This document shows positions 13,894-26,214 of a stretch of DNA of 64,000 nucleotides, piece after piece. Numbering within the stretch: the stretch's first letter is position 1; the number at the start of each line of letters is the position of its first letter. The notes under the pieces were generated by a model. That model saw nothing but the letters and a program-made list of their open reading frames with translations. It did not search any database and was not told where the DNA came from. The stretch covers positions 149,916,001 through 149,980,000 of the forward strand of contig OZ024743.1 in the NCBI GenBank assembly GCA_964016885.1, written 5' to 3'. The stretch is from Eledone cirrhosa (Eukaryota). The position numbers were made by a program, and so were the translations under genes.

Positions 13894-16390
13894 ATGTGTG
13901 TGCATGTGTATGTGTGTGTGTACCCAAATTCTGTTCACAATACATTGATCTGTCTGTGGCGATAACAGAAGATACTTGCCCAAGGCATGACACTGTGGAC
14001 TGACTCCAAAACGCCTAAACTACACAACCTATTGTTCCACTAAAACTTTTTGTAAATTGCAATACAAAAAAAAAAGTGATATCTACTTATCTTTGATACA
14101 ATCATAAACATTCTTTTGTGTGCTTCAGAAAAGAAATTTACTTTTTCATCAATTATTTATTTATACATTAATATTTAAAGAAACCCAACTGAACATGTTA
14201 TTTATTTGTTGATGACTAACATAAGTTAAATCACTCAAACCCTGCATACCTATCTCTTTTGAAGTAATTCTTGCTTGCGACAAGACAAAACTATTTTACT
14301 ATGTGGCTCTGCAGGATATCTACTATGCCAGATGGATTGGTTTTTACACAGAATAAATGTCAGACCTTGCTCCATATTGTTTATTTGTATTATGTGGATG
14401 ACTTGTTATAGAATCTGGAGATATTTGGGCAGACCTCTGTTCAAAGCATTCTCTGATTCTTTATCAATTCATTATAACAGGATCAAAAGATGATCATCAT
14501 CATGACAATAGTGACAGAGATCCATGTTTCACAGTATCCTCCTTTTGACATATACTGTGGTGGTACAGTGATTTAATCATAACTGTTCATTTTCAACATA
14601 CATTACAGCCAATGGCATACTTTGGTGTAATACAACAAAGGGATATATTAATTTAATGCAGGACAATTAGTCACACATATTGTGTTACAACACTGTTGTG
14701 TATTAGTGAATTATAATGTGTTGTTGTTTGGGTGTTCAATATCATTCTTTTACAATTAACATTTGCTTTTATATCAACTCTTTTCCCTGCAAGCCTAGAG
14801 ACTGATCAGGCTGGTGCTTATCCTGGTTTTATGTGGCATTAAGTGAGTGAGATTACAAGATGCCAGTTCATCGCAAGGTTAACTCCCCACCTCAAACTGC
14901 GGTGATACACATTTTTCAGCTGAGTGGACTAACAGAACATGAAACAAGTGCGTGTTTAAGAGTATAATGCACAAACTAAGAAGACCAACACCCTAATCAC
15001 AAAGCTTTCCTTTATTAGATAAGGAGATTCAGTCTAATTTTTATAAAGTATTTATTACTGTGATGTCAAATAAATCATTAGTGCAACTCAAACATGAGAA
15101 AGTGAAATGATAAGCTATCTATATATTACCACAAATTCTTGTATTACAAATAGCTTGTGCTAAGTTCTGGATTCTATATGGTTTACTAAACGAGAAGAAA
15201 ATCCTTCATTAAATAAGATTAATAGTTTACCACTTGTAAAGGCCCAGTACATATTCTCTATGTTGATGAAAGTAAGATATACATACTATTAAGTATCTTG
15301 TTCTGAGGTACAATGAAGTATCTACAATAGAATATAAATTTTGACCCAAGAGCCAACAAATAGATCTATGTTTGATGGCCCCATGTTCCTATATTACAGT
15401 GTAAAAGAGGGTGACTTAGTGGTTACGGTTTTGAACTCAAATCATAAATTTGATTCCTGGCAATGCATTGTGTATCTGAGCAAGACACTTTTTTTCTCAT
15501 TACTCCAGTCCACTCGGTGCTAAAAAATGAGTTATACCTGTAATTTAAGGGGTAACTTTGCCACACAGTCACACACTAAATCTCCCCGAGAACTACATTA
15601 AAGGTACATTAATTTCATGAGCCGGCTCTTCCAATGTTAAATTCAAACTCAATGAAATATTTCTCTATATATGAGATCAGTATGAATTTGTATTTTACAC
15701 TGCCAACTATTATAGCTACTATTATATAGAAAAAATTATCTTGCTCTGTACCTATGTATGTGTGAATGTATTTTGTATTTGTAATTATTTTCTATATGTT
15801 TTTGTTACTGATATCAACTTTAATATAACTTGTAACTCACGTAACATCATCATCATCATCATCATCATTTTTATATCCACTTTTCCATCCTGGCATAGAT
15901 TGGCTAAGATTTTTTAAAGCCATATTCTTCTGTTGGATGCCTAGATGTCTTCTAGTAAACTACATTACTATGGTTGCTGAGAGCTATAATACTCCAGTGG
16001 CAATTACATATGCTTAACACATTCAGCAGCATTATCACTATCACCATCATATATATATATGTGTGTGTATATATATATATATTATATATATATATATGTA
16101 TAATATATATATATATATATATAGACATATGTGTATATGTGTATTTATATATTTATATATATATATATATATATGTATATGTATGTGTGTATGAATTTTT
16201 TTCTCACGAGTCAGTGCTTTCGTAGCTACGGACCCCAGCCAATTTATCGGTCGCTGTCTTCATTTTGCAAAGCCCTTTAAACTGTTTGTTATTACTCTGA
16301 GGTCGTATACCTTGTCGAGTGCTTCGCTGCACTGCTGAAAGCATTCGTCGGCTTGGCTGAGGCTATGGCTTCGAATATGCTGTACTTCCA

Positions 16391-16444
<54 letters not shown>

Positions 16445-16515
16445 CACTCTCCTGAGCGTGAATTTAATAAACATTTATTGTACTGCCTCTCTGTTCTGTC
16501 CCTGTTCAATTTTTC

Positions 16516-16517
<2 letters not shown>

Positions 16518-16554
<37 letters not shown>

Positions 16555-16619
16555 TATATATATATAATATATATATAATATATATATATATAATATATAT
16601 ATAATATATATATATATAT

Positions 16620-16671
<52 letters not shown>

Positions 16672-16676
16672 TATAT

Positions 16677-16731
<55 letters not shown>

Positions 16732-16922
16732 ATATAGAATATATATTATATATATATATATAATATATATATATAATATATATATATATAGATAATATAT
16801 ATATATATAATATATATATATATAATATATATATAATATATATATATATAGATAATATATATATATAATATATATATATATATTATATATATATATATAA
16901 TATATATATATATAATATATAT
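16518..16922. repeat. (TA)n/(TATAA)n array
   Basis: Direct reading. Confidence 0.95.
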
Positions 16923-16924
16923 CA

Positions 16925-17815
16925 ACATCATCATCATCGTTTAACGTCCATCTTCCATGCTTGCATGGGTTTGGATGGGAATTTTCCCACTTGAGGCAAG
17001 ATGGGTTGTCTTGCTCGCATAGGACTGTCTGGCGGGTTTTCTACGGGTGGATGCCCTTCCTAACACCAACCACGTTTACAGTGTGGACTGGGAGGTTTTT
17101 ACCATGTTACCTACACAGCCACATTACAGCGTGGACTGTGTGTTTTTTTGTCGTGACACCTACACGACCTCATTTATTTCGGACTGGATGTTGTGGTACC
17201 AACATAACTTTACATCGAAAGAGGTGGTGGGGATGGGGTGGGGTGGAGGGTATTTTTGTTAGAGGTGCCTACTGACTGTAGGTTTCGCTTTGTACTTAGG
17301 CAAGGCGCGTCTTCTGTATTACTATGTAGCGCCAAAGATCTCGGTCCAGTGACATTGTCTTGGAGAGGTATAAGTGTGTGAGGTCGGAATTTATCAAGTC
17401 ATCCCAGGTTTTTCTGGGTCTGCCTACTCCGTGGCTACCGTCTATTTTTATCACCCTGCACTTTTTTTATATGGCTGTCGTCTTTCATGTGCATCACGTG
17501 ACCATACCAACGTAGTCTTCTCCCGAGTACACAACATCTGATTCCTCTTATTCCTAATTTCTCCCTTAGTTCATTTATGCTTTGCCGTTCACGTATATTA
17601 CTATTACATATCCAACGGAGCATGCAAGCTTTGTTCCTCTCCAGTCTGCGTATATCCTCTGCACACAATGCCCAAGTCTCACTGCCATGTAACATTGCTG
17701 TTCGTATGCAGGCATCATACAGCCTGCCTTTCATTTTTAGGGATAACCCTTTAGCGGCCAATAGTGGTATAAGCTCTCTGAACTTTTTTCATCCCGTTCT
17801 GACTCTAGCTACTAG
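16925..17815 (-). mobile_element. 5'-truncated RTE-clade LINE: end of the ORF plus 3' UTR ending in (GAT)n
   Basis: Minus translation KGRLYDACIRTAMLHGSETWAL...RRLER...MLRWIC...RRLRWYGHV and, after a frameshift, GRPRKTW; diagnostic post-RT region of RTE elements. Confidence 0.9.
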
Positions 17816-17954
17816 AATTATATAATATATATATATATATATATATGTCTATATATATATATTATATATATATATATATTATATATATATATGTCTATAT
17901 ATATATATATATTATATATATATATATATATATGTATTATATATATATATGTAT

Positions 17955-17988
<34 letters not shown>

Positions 17989-17998
17989 ATTATATATA

Positions 17999-18045
<47 letters not shown>

Positions 18046-18185
18046 CTATATATCTATCTATATATATATATTATATATATATATATATTATATATATATC
18101 TGTATATATATATATAATATATATATATAGACATATATATATATAATATATATATATAGACATATATATATAATATATATATATA

Positions 18186-18549
18186 TGCAGTTAGTTGTTC
18201 AGAAGACCTGCCTTTCCTTGCATACAAGTCAGTAGACACCTCTTAACCCAATATACACCCCACCCCACACCGCACACCCTACCCCTTCCTCCCTTTCCGT
18301 CCACTGTGTCAGTGACACAACAAAAAGTACCCAGTCCACACTGTAAAGTGGTCATGTAGGAGACACAGTGAAAAGGTTCCCAGTCCACACTGTAAAGGTG
18401 GTTGGTGTTGGGAAGGGCATTCAGCCGTAGAAAACCTGCCAGAGACACTTCCGTATGAGCGAGTCACGGTTTCCCGACCAATCCCACATCAAATGGAACA
18501 AAACCATCTAACCCATGCTAGCGTGGAAGATGGACATTGACGATGATGA

Positions 18550-18552
<3 letters not shown>
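18186..18552 (+). mobile_element. RTE 3' UTR fragment, inverted relative to 16925-17340
   Basis: ggttggtgttgggaagggcattcagccgtagaaaacc...cccatgctagcgtggaagatggacattgacgatgatgat. Confidence 0.8.
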
Positions 18553-18593
<41 letters not shown>

Positions 18594-19035
18594 AGAGGTT
18601 ATATTTAATTTGTTGGGATACAACAAGCTAAATATTTTTATAACTGATATAAAGCACTCAACAAATTATTGGAGTAAATATACGATATATTAACAAATGG
18701 AAACTATATTTATAAAACCATATTTATTTCATTATACATATTTCAAGGGCCACCAGAGCAAGCTATGGTGCGCTTTCATCAGATAAAATATAATATAGTT
18801 TGGTTTTATAAATAAATATTGACATACCCTTAAAAAATGCAACCATTCTGGTTGGAATCTCCTAGAATGGTTGCATTTTTTAAGGGTATGTCAATATTTA
18901 TTTATAAAACCAAACTATATTATATTTTATCTGATGAAAGCGCACCATAGTTTGCTCTGGTGGCCCTTGAAATATGTATAATGAAATAAATATGGTTTTA
19001 TAAATATAGTTTCCATTTGTTAATATATTGTATAT
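18594..19035. mobile_element. Fold-back hammerhead element 3 (family A): tail 18594-18677, arms 18678-18849 and 18864-19035
   Basis: 172-bp arms with 2 mismatches, 14-nt spacer, (TA)n flanks. Confidence 0.85.
18924..18987 (+). ncRNA. Type-I hammerhead ribozyme motif (mirror copy on minus strand at 18726-18789); predicted cleavage after 18980
   Basis: attttat CTGATGA aag c g cacca tag tttg ct c tggtg gc c ctt GAAA tatgta TA atgaaat; 7-bp stem I extended by tatttataaaacca/tggttttataaata. Confidence 0.8.
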
Positions 19036-19861
19036 ATATATGTATATATATATATATATATGTGTGTGTATATATATATATATATATGTGCGTGTGTGTG
19101 TATGTGTATGCTGGTGCCACAATAATAAAAAAAAAACACCCAGTTAACCCTGTAAGTTAGTAGTGCTTGAGCAACACTAAAATGCTCCTATTACAAAGTG
19201 GTTGATGAGGAGCTATGCATCTATTCATAGAAACCAAGTCAAAAACAGAATATTGGTGAACAACATGATCACCTGATCAGTCTAACCTCAGAACATGACA
19301 ACATGTCAAACTCAAATATACATGAAAAATAGACATTAAATGATGATGATGATGATGATGATGGTGATAATGGTGATGGTGATGGTGGTGGTGGTGGTAT
19401 ATAATGTCACTCCTCCAGCTACATAACTATTTCTCCGAGTTTTTAATCTGGTTCTCTTTCTCCTCTTCCATCCATCAGTTTATTCTGTTATCAATCAACC
19501 TCTTCATCTTTCTAAACCCTATAAACTTCCCTTTCCTTCACCCATATATCCCATCAATCTATCTTTTTAACTAGTTAACCTATCCTTGAAGAACCTATTC
19601 TTCTAATCCATTTTTTCACCTCTACATTTATCTATTCTACCAATTATCTCTTCTCCATCTATTCTTTTATCTATCTACCCATTCAATTTATTTACCTCTT
19701 CTCTCATTTTGTGATGAACGGCCCAGCTCAAACATTAGATGTTTCTTCTCCTAACAGCATACTAACACCTCAATTTTTGCCTCTTTACCAAATTGACTCT
19801 CTCTCTGGTGCAAACCACCTCTAGCCTCTTTGAATTCTAATGATTGCATTTGATTATTCCT

Positions 19862-19916
<55 letters not shown>

Positions 19917-20318
19917 ATATATAGATATATGCGTGTGTGTGTATGTATATATACCTCTACAGTTATCTTCTCCTTCATCTACACCACCTTTGATCAATGT
20001 TATCAGTAATCTACCACTCAGTCTAAACTCATCAATCTCACTGGCTCTCCATCAAACCTCACCCTCCATCTATCTACTCCCAATCAACTCACAATACAAG
20101 ACACTCATTCTCCTTCTATTCACCTCATCCTCTGTCTACCTCTCTTTTTTTACAAGAAACTATTGATTTTATTCTAAGTTTCACTCTATTCGGAATATTT
20201 CCTTTATTCCCATCTCAGCTCAACATTTTTTTCATATATTTAGTTCCTCTGATATATATATATATATTATGGAATACTGTTGGCTTTTTGCTACAATGTT
20301 TTCTATACCTTTCATTTA

Positions 20319-20371
<53 letters not shown>

Positions 20372-20465
20372 CCTTATCAGAAACAGTATTATAAAAAACA
20401 TTACATTCTTGAAAATATACCAAAGTGTACAACTATGATGCACTTGTATATATGTATATATGTGC

Positions 20466-20510
<45 letters not shown>

Positions 20511-20927
20511 TATAATATATATGTGTGTATGGTGGTCATAGGAGATAGCAATCCAGCTTATGAAATGAAAATCACTGATTTATCAACATACCACAGCAGC
20601 TTCCTTCCTTACTGCACCACTTTCAACAACAAGAGAAATAAATAAATGAATATATAAATTCTGAAAATTTTTTCTTCATTCATTTATTTGTTTAATGAAT
20701 GCACTAGATATTGCGAGCCCACATGAGACCAGCTATTGATTTTAGCACTAGCCTCCTGTACCCTCTAGTATCGTCCAGCTGTTGTGACATAGCTGCTGCC
20801 TTGCTATCTTCTTAATTCACACTGTGTTATATTTTAAGCTTGCACTATCTTATATAGTTTTCAAACCAAACAAGGAAACACTCCTTTTATATTTTTCCTC
20901 CACACCAGCTATATTATATTACTTGAT

Positions 20928-20983
<56 letters not shown>

Positions 20984-21432
20984 ATGTGTGTGTGTGTGTG
21001 TTAGTGTGTGTGTTTGTAATATACAGCAATGTAAATCAGTAAGGAATGAGAGTAAATTTTTAAATATATCAGGGCTATTGTTTCTTTTGAATAATTCTTT
21101 CCATTTATTTATTTATTACAAAACAACACAAATGGAGGGAAAAATATATTGACTATTATTTATCAAGATTTTTTAATAATTATTTTATCAAACATTTTTA
21201 ATGTAAAAAGCCTTTTACTATTTGTTTTTGAAATAAATCGATCTAATTTCATTTCTAAATACTTTTTCTCCATATATTTAAGGAGAAATGGAATTTATGA
21301 AAAAATTTCTTCATTTGTTAAATTTCTCTCTTTCCTCACCACCAATTCAGATGACATATTCATATATTTATTCTTTACTAAATTTTATCAGTTTAATTGT
21401 CAAACAATCAATTTCTTTTCCTTATTACTTAT

Positions 21433-21793
21433 CATCATCATCACTGTTTAACATCCATTTTTCCATGCTAGCATGGGTTTGACGAGTTGTCCCATTGTGA
21501 CCATGTTTTGCTTATACAGAACTGGTTCTGGCTTGGTTTCTATGGCTGAATGCCCTTCCCGACTGCAACCGTATTTACTGTGTGTACTGGGTGCTTTTTG
21601 TCATGTCACCTATACGACCATTTTGCAGTGTGGCCTGGGCACTTTTTGCTAATAATTTATATAGATATACTAAAAAGCTTGTTTCTAGTTTTGGCACAAG
21701 GCCAGCAATTACCCCAGTGCATTACTGGTGCTTTATTTTATCGACCCCGTAAGGATGAAAAGCAAAGTTAACCTCTGTGGGATTTGAACTCAG
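21433..21793 (-). mobile_element. RTE-type tail fragment (21433-21650) followed by a partial Meta-SINE (21680-21793)
   Basis: Homology to other copies in the window. Confidence 0.7.
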
Positions 21794-22326
21794 AATAATA
21801 ACAAATCTGAATTTCTATAAATGTGACTGCATGACTTTCTGGCATTTGCAAATCAAATATTGCATTTAAGAATAAACTGTAAAATTAAATATGTCATTGC
21901 AAGTTGATATTATTTTGCAATCCTGCACAAAATTTTACATTTTTTATTATAAGCAATTTCCTACACTGTGTACACCTAGAATTGAGGCTATCCAAGATCC
22001 GATAAGAAAAACTGTTTTATTCAGAAATCAGTATTGGTTTGAATTTTGTTGAAGGTGTCCTGCTGGGTTGTTTTAATCATATTCACTAAATTGTGTTAGC
22101 AGGTCATCATTTTGTAGAGAAGAAATGTCATTGTATTAAATAAAATATACCACAATATAAAATATGTCAATATGAGTTTGTATCATTTGCATGTCAAAAA
22201 TATAATTTTCTTTTCATACATATGTACACATTAATAGATATATTCTGAAACACGTGCACACACACAAATACACTAGCAGAAAATCTCTCAGAAGGCAGTA
22301 TTTCTGCAAGTATAATATATATATAT

Positions 22327-22372
<46 letters not shown>

Positions 22373-22383
22373 GTATGTATGTT

Positions 22384-23095
22384 ATCTCTTTCTCTTAATT
22401 TCGAGTATTTTTTTTGACCGGCCACCTTCCTGGTGGCAAGGTTGTAAAAGAAAAGAAATTGTCATCCCTTGAATTGCAAGAATGTTTTGCAAATTTTGAT
22501 GGTGCCAGCTATCGCAACCATTTGCAGACTATGAATTAGGGAGCTGCGCTCTTTGTCCGCAAATCCAAGTTCAGTCATACTTTGGTCCAAGCGGGTTGGT
22601 ATATAACCCGTAGCTCCAATAATGATGGGTATGAAGCTAAAGATGTATCTTGGATACCGTAGATGTCCTCCTTCTCCTGTATTTTTCTGACAACGTTTAC
22701 ATCATGTGGGCAGCTGATCTCCACAACAGAACACGTTTTTAATGTGTGGTCCCAAACAACAATATCAGGCCGGTTGTGCTTTAATTTGGTGGCAATTTTT
22801 ATTTTCAGGTTCCACCAGTATTCCTTAGTGCCATCTGTCTCAATATATTCTTCCCCATTTGTTGTTAATTTTGTTTTCCGAAGTGCGTTCCAGATGGTTC
22901 TAGCTATCCCATCGTGTCTCATGAGGAGGTAGTAGCGAGATGACATTCTTTCGCAGCTGGCAACAATGTGGCTTACATCCTCGATCTTTGTTTTACATAG
23001 CCTACATTTATTGTCAGCTGATGGCCCTCCCCTTTTGTGCAGCAGATATTTGATAGGGAGTTCTTGTTCCTGTATTGCATAGAGATATCCCTTAT
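22384..23095 (-). mobile_element. 5'-truncated R4/Dong-clade non-LTR retrotransposon (CCHC knuckle plus restriction-like endonuclease), frameshifted
   Basis: Minus translation AIQEQ...CRLCKTKIEDVSHIVASC...RHD...NRPDIVV...VEISCP...EKEDIY, then IPIIIGATG...ICKTFL; flanked on both sides by (TATG)n. Confidence 0.9.
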
Positions 23096-23185
23096 GTATG
23101 TATGTAGTTGAAAATAAATGAACAAAACACTGGAGGCAATTTTACACAGCTATATTAGGTTCACGCTAGGTGGAAGTGGAAGAAG

Positions 23186-23221
23186 TTTCAACATTTCGGA
23201 TAGAAGTCCTTCATCAGGAAA
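23186..23221 (-). ncRNA. Minimal PLE-type hammerhead motif in a pLTR remnant (about 23110-23260)
   Basis: Minus strand: tttc CTGATGA a gga cttcta tcc GAAA tg TT gaaa. Confidence 0.6.
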
Positions 23222-23434
23222 GTTCGGATAAGGAGAGAACAGGAACTCCAAGAAGGAGTAAGGAGGGAAGTGACAAATTAAAAAATAAAAAAAAATAATG
23301 ATAAAAATAAAAATAAATGGGGCAGGGATATAAGTCCGGGGGGGGGGGGGGGGGCATGGGTGTGGAAGTGTGTGGGTGCTTCACCATGGCGCAGTGCACT
23401 GACTGAAACTACTAAAAGAATAAATGAATACGAA

Positions 23435-23483
<49 letters not shown>

Positions 23484-23486
<3 letters not shown>

Positions 23487-23921
23487 AAAGTTCTATTTAA
23501 ATTGTTGGGATACAAGTAAATATTTTTATAACTGATATAAAGCACTCAACAAGTATTTGGAGTAAACATACGATATTAACAAATGGAAACAATATTTATA
23601 AAACCATATTTATTTCATTATACATATTTCATGGACACCAATAATATTGACATACCCTTAAAAAATGCAACCATTACTGTTACATAAAAATAATATTGAC
23701 ATACCCTTAAAAAATGCAACCATTACTGTTGGAAGCTTCCGGGAGCTTCCAACAGTAATGGTTGCATTTTTTAAGGGTATGTCAATATTTATTTATAAAA
23801 CTGATCTATATTATATTTTGTCTGATGAAAGCACACCATAATTTAACTTGGTGTCCTTGAAATATGTATAATGAAATAAATATGGTTTTATAAATATAGT
23901 TTCCATTTGTTAATATCGTAT
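23484..23921. mobile_element. Fold-back hammerhead element 4 (family A) with rearranged left arm
   Basis: Tail 23484-23567; centre at ggaagcttcc|gggagcttcc (23731-23750); left arm lacks the hammerhead 5' half and carries a 41-bp duplication (23641-23681, 23690-23730). Confidence 0.85.
23815..23877 (+). ncRNA. Type-I hammerhead ribozyme motif (family A); predicted cleavage after 23870
   Basis: attttgt CTGATGA aag c acacca taatttaact tggtgt c ctt GAAA tatgta TA atgaaat. Confidence 0.8.
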
Positions 23922-24158
23922 ATATATATATATATATTTATGTTTATATCTATGATGTGGTTGAGAAACTCAAATAACAGTTTTGCTAGAAATTTCAATT
24001 GAAATAGATAAACATAAAAAACAATACCAGGAATTATTTAATAGATCAATTTGCTACCACACCTTTATATCATATTGTAACTATTATATGATACATACTC
24101 ACGTGCAGACACATGCGTGCAGACACACACATATATATACATATATATATATGTACAG

Positions 24159-24214
<56 letters not shown>

Positions 24215-25496
24215 TATATATGTACATCATCATCATCATCGTTTAACGTGGAAGATAGACGTTAAACGATGATGATGATATATATATATATATAATAAAT
24301 ATATATATGTATGAGTACATGTACGTGTGTTTGAGTATGTATGTGCATAAATGTGTTTATATGTGTGTATATATATATACACATACATGTACATGTGTTT
24401 GAGTATGTATGTGCATAAATGTGTTTATATGTGTGTGTATATATATATGTGTGCATATATATATACACATATACACATACATGTATGTATAAAAATGTTC
24501 ATGGAAGTTGTGTTGCATTCAGTATTATTGTAAAAAGTCCAAAAATCATAGCTTGTCAAAATAAGTGTAAATGATTTTCTCAAATGTATGCAAAATTTCA
24601 AATAAATGAAGAAAAATTGTTTTTTTCCAAAAGAATGTTCTATAGTCTTACATTATAAATTGAATCATGCAAGGTTTGTCTGCAAAAATGGTTAAATATT
24701 CAGGCAAATGAAATGAATAGGAAGATGGAAGGGGAAACGAAGAGTAAGAGGAAAGCAAGAAGAGTAAGACAAATGCTTCTGCTTGTTTCAGACAACCCTG
24801 TTGGCCTGCTAGTTCTTAGGGTGTTCTTTTGTGGCTATCAAGCTAGCCTTCACTCCTAGACTTGTCATTATATAGGTTAACAAATTACTCTCTTGTTTGA
24901 TTATAAACAGTTGCCATGACAACATTGTTGAATTTGTTTTAAAAATCTTTAAAAACAAATTTTTGTTTATTTTTATTTTTTTCTCAAATAAAAGATAAGC
25001 CATGCATTTTATGTGTATTTTCTGTCAGAAACGACCATAAATAGTCTTAAACTGAATCTGTGCATTTGTCACCTTCCCTTCCAGTTCAGGGTTGTCTCTC
25101 CAGAATATTAGCAGACATAGAATTCAATGGGGATGGGGAGAAAAAAAATCAGTTCTTATAAAACTATCCACTTTGCAATGATAAAAAAAAAATGTTTGCT
25201 TCATTGGAATCCATGACAGTTTTCACAGAATATTTTACATATTGCTTTCTGGAGAATTGGAATGGTCTGTAGATCATTTTGCAAGTTCACTTCGGGATTT
25301 TATGAAAAATAACTTGACTCTGCTAAATATTCAGTGAAATAGTTTGCTGCCATTTTGTACAGTATTACCAGAATATTCATCCATCATTCAGCACATCAAA
25401 TACAATGATATCTTTTAGCTTGAAAACTTTGATTAAATTACTACATATCTGCATATTTGAATGAGAGACAGTAAAAATGAGTTTATGTATGTGTGC

Positions 25497-25574
<78 letters not shown>

Positions 25575-25648
25575 AGTGAACGGAAACAACAAAGCAAACA
25601 ATACAGTACACTGAAGAAATATATTATCATGATATAGTAAAAAGAGAC

Positions 25649-25684
25649 TCTTAATGTTTCAGACATTATTCCTTCATCAGAAGA
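25649..25684 (-). ncRNA. Minimal PLE-type hammerhead motif in a pLTR remnant (about 25571-25780)
   Basis: Minus strand: tctt CTGATGA a gga ataatg tct GAAA ca TT aaga. Confidence 0.6.
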
Positions 25685-25967
25685 TAGAATAGAAAATAAA
25701 AGAAATAGAGTGTGAGAAAAGGAACAGAAAACACATTTTTGGAGAAAAGCATGTGTGTGTGTTCTGTCAGCCATTTATACGCCCACACACACACACATAT
25801 AATCAGATGATACAACTGTAATACTTATGATTGCCATATCATCTAGCCATATTGGAGTTGTCACAACTAGCTATCCCTACATGAGTATTGCATTAAGATG
25901 TAAAGATGTATTTTCTACTGTTTTCATTCCTTAGACTGTAGTCATGCTAGAGCATCATTGTGTAGGA

Positions 25968-26214
25968 CAGGCATGGGCAACCTTTTTCAAGAAGTGGGCC
26001 ACTAATTTACATTCATGCCCACATTAAAAAAAAGGGCAGTAACTCAGGTTGTTTTGATTTGTTTCTTCAGAATTCGTACACATGCTTTTCCTAGATTGTA
26101 AAGATGATAGAAAGATAAATTACGACTGAAAAGTTGGGATAAAAAAATCAGAAAGATTTCACTTAGGTGACTTAGGCGAGCCGTTCAGAATGGGCTGCAG
26201 GTTGCCCATGACTG
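25968..26214. mobile_element. hAT (Charlie-like) MITE
   Basis: TIRs caggcatgggcaacct / aggttgcccatgactg; perfect 8-bp TSD GTGTAGGA at 25960-25967 and 26215-26222. Confidence 0.9.

Noticed and set aside
14275-14493. Possible RT remnant (tatgtggatgacttg, YVDDL-like) or exon
   Set aside because: Only a five-residue resemblance with no supporting flanking motifs
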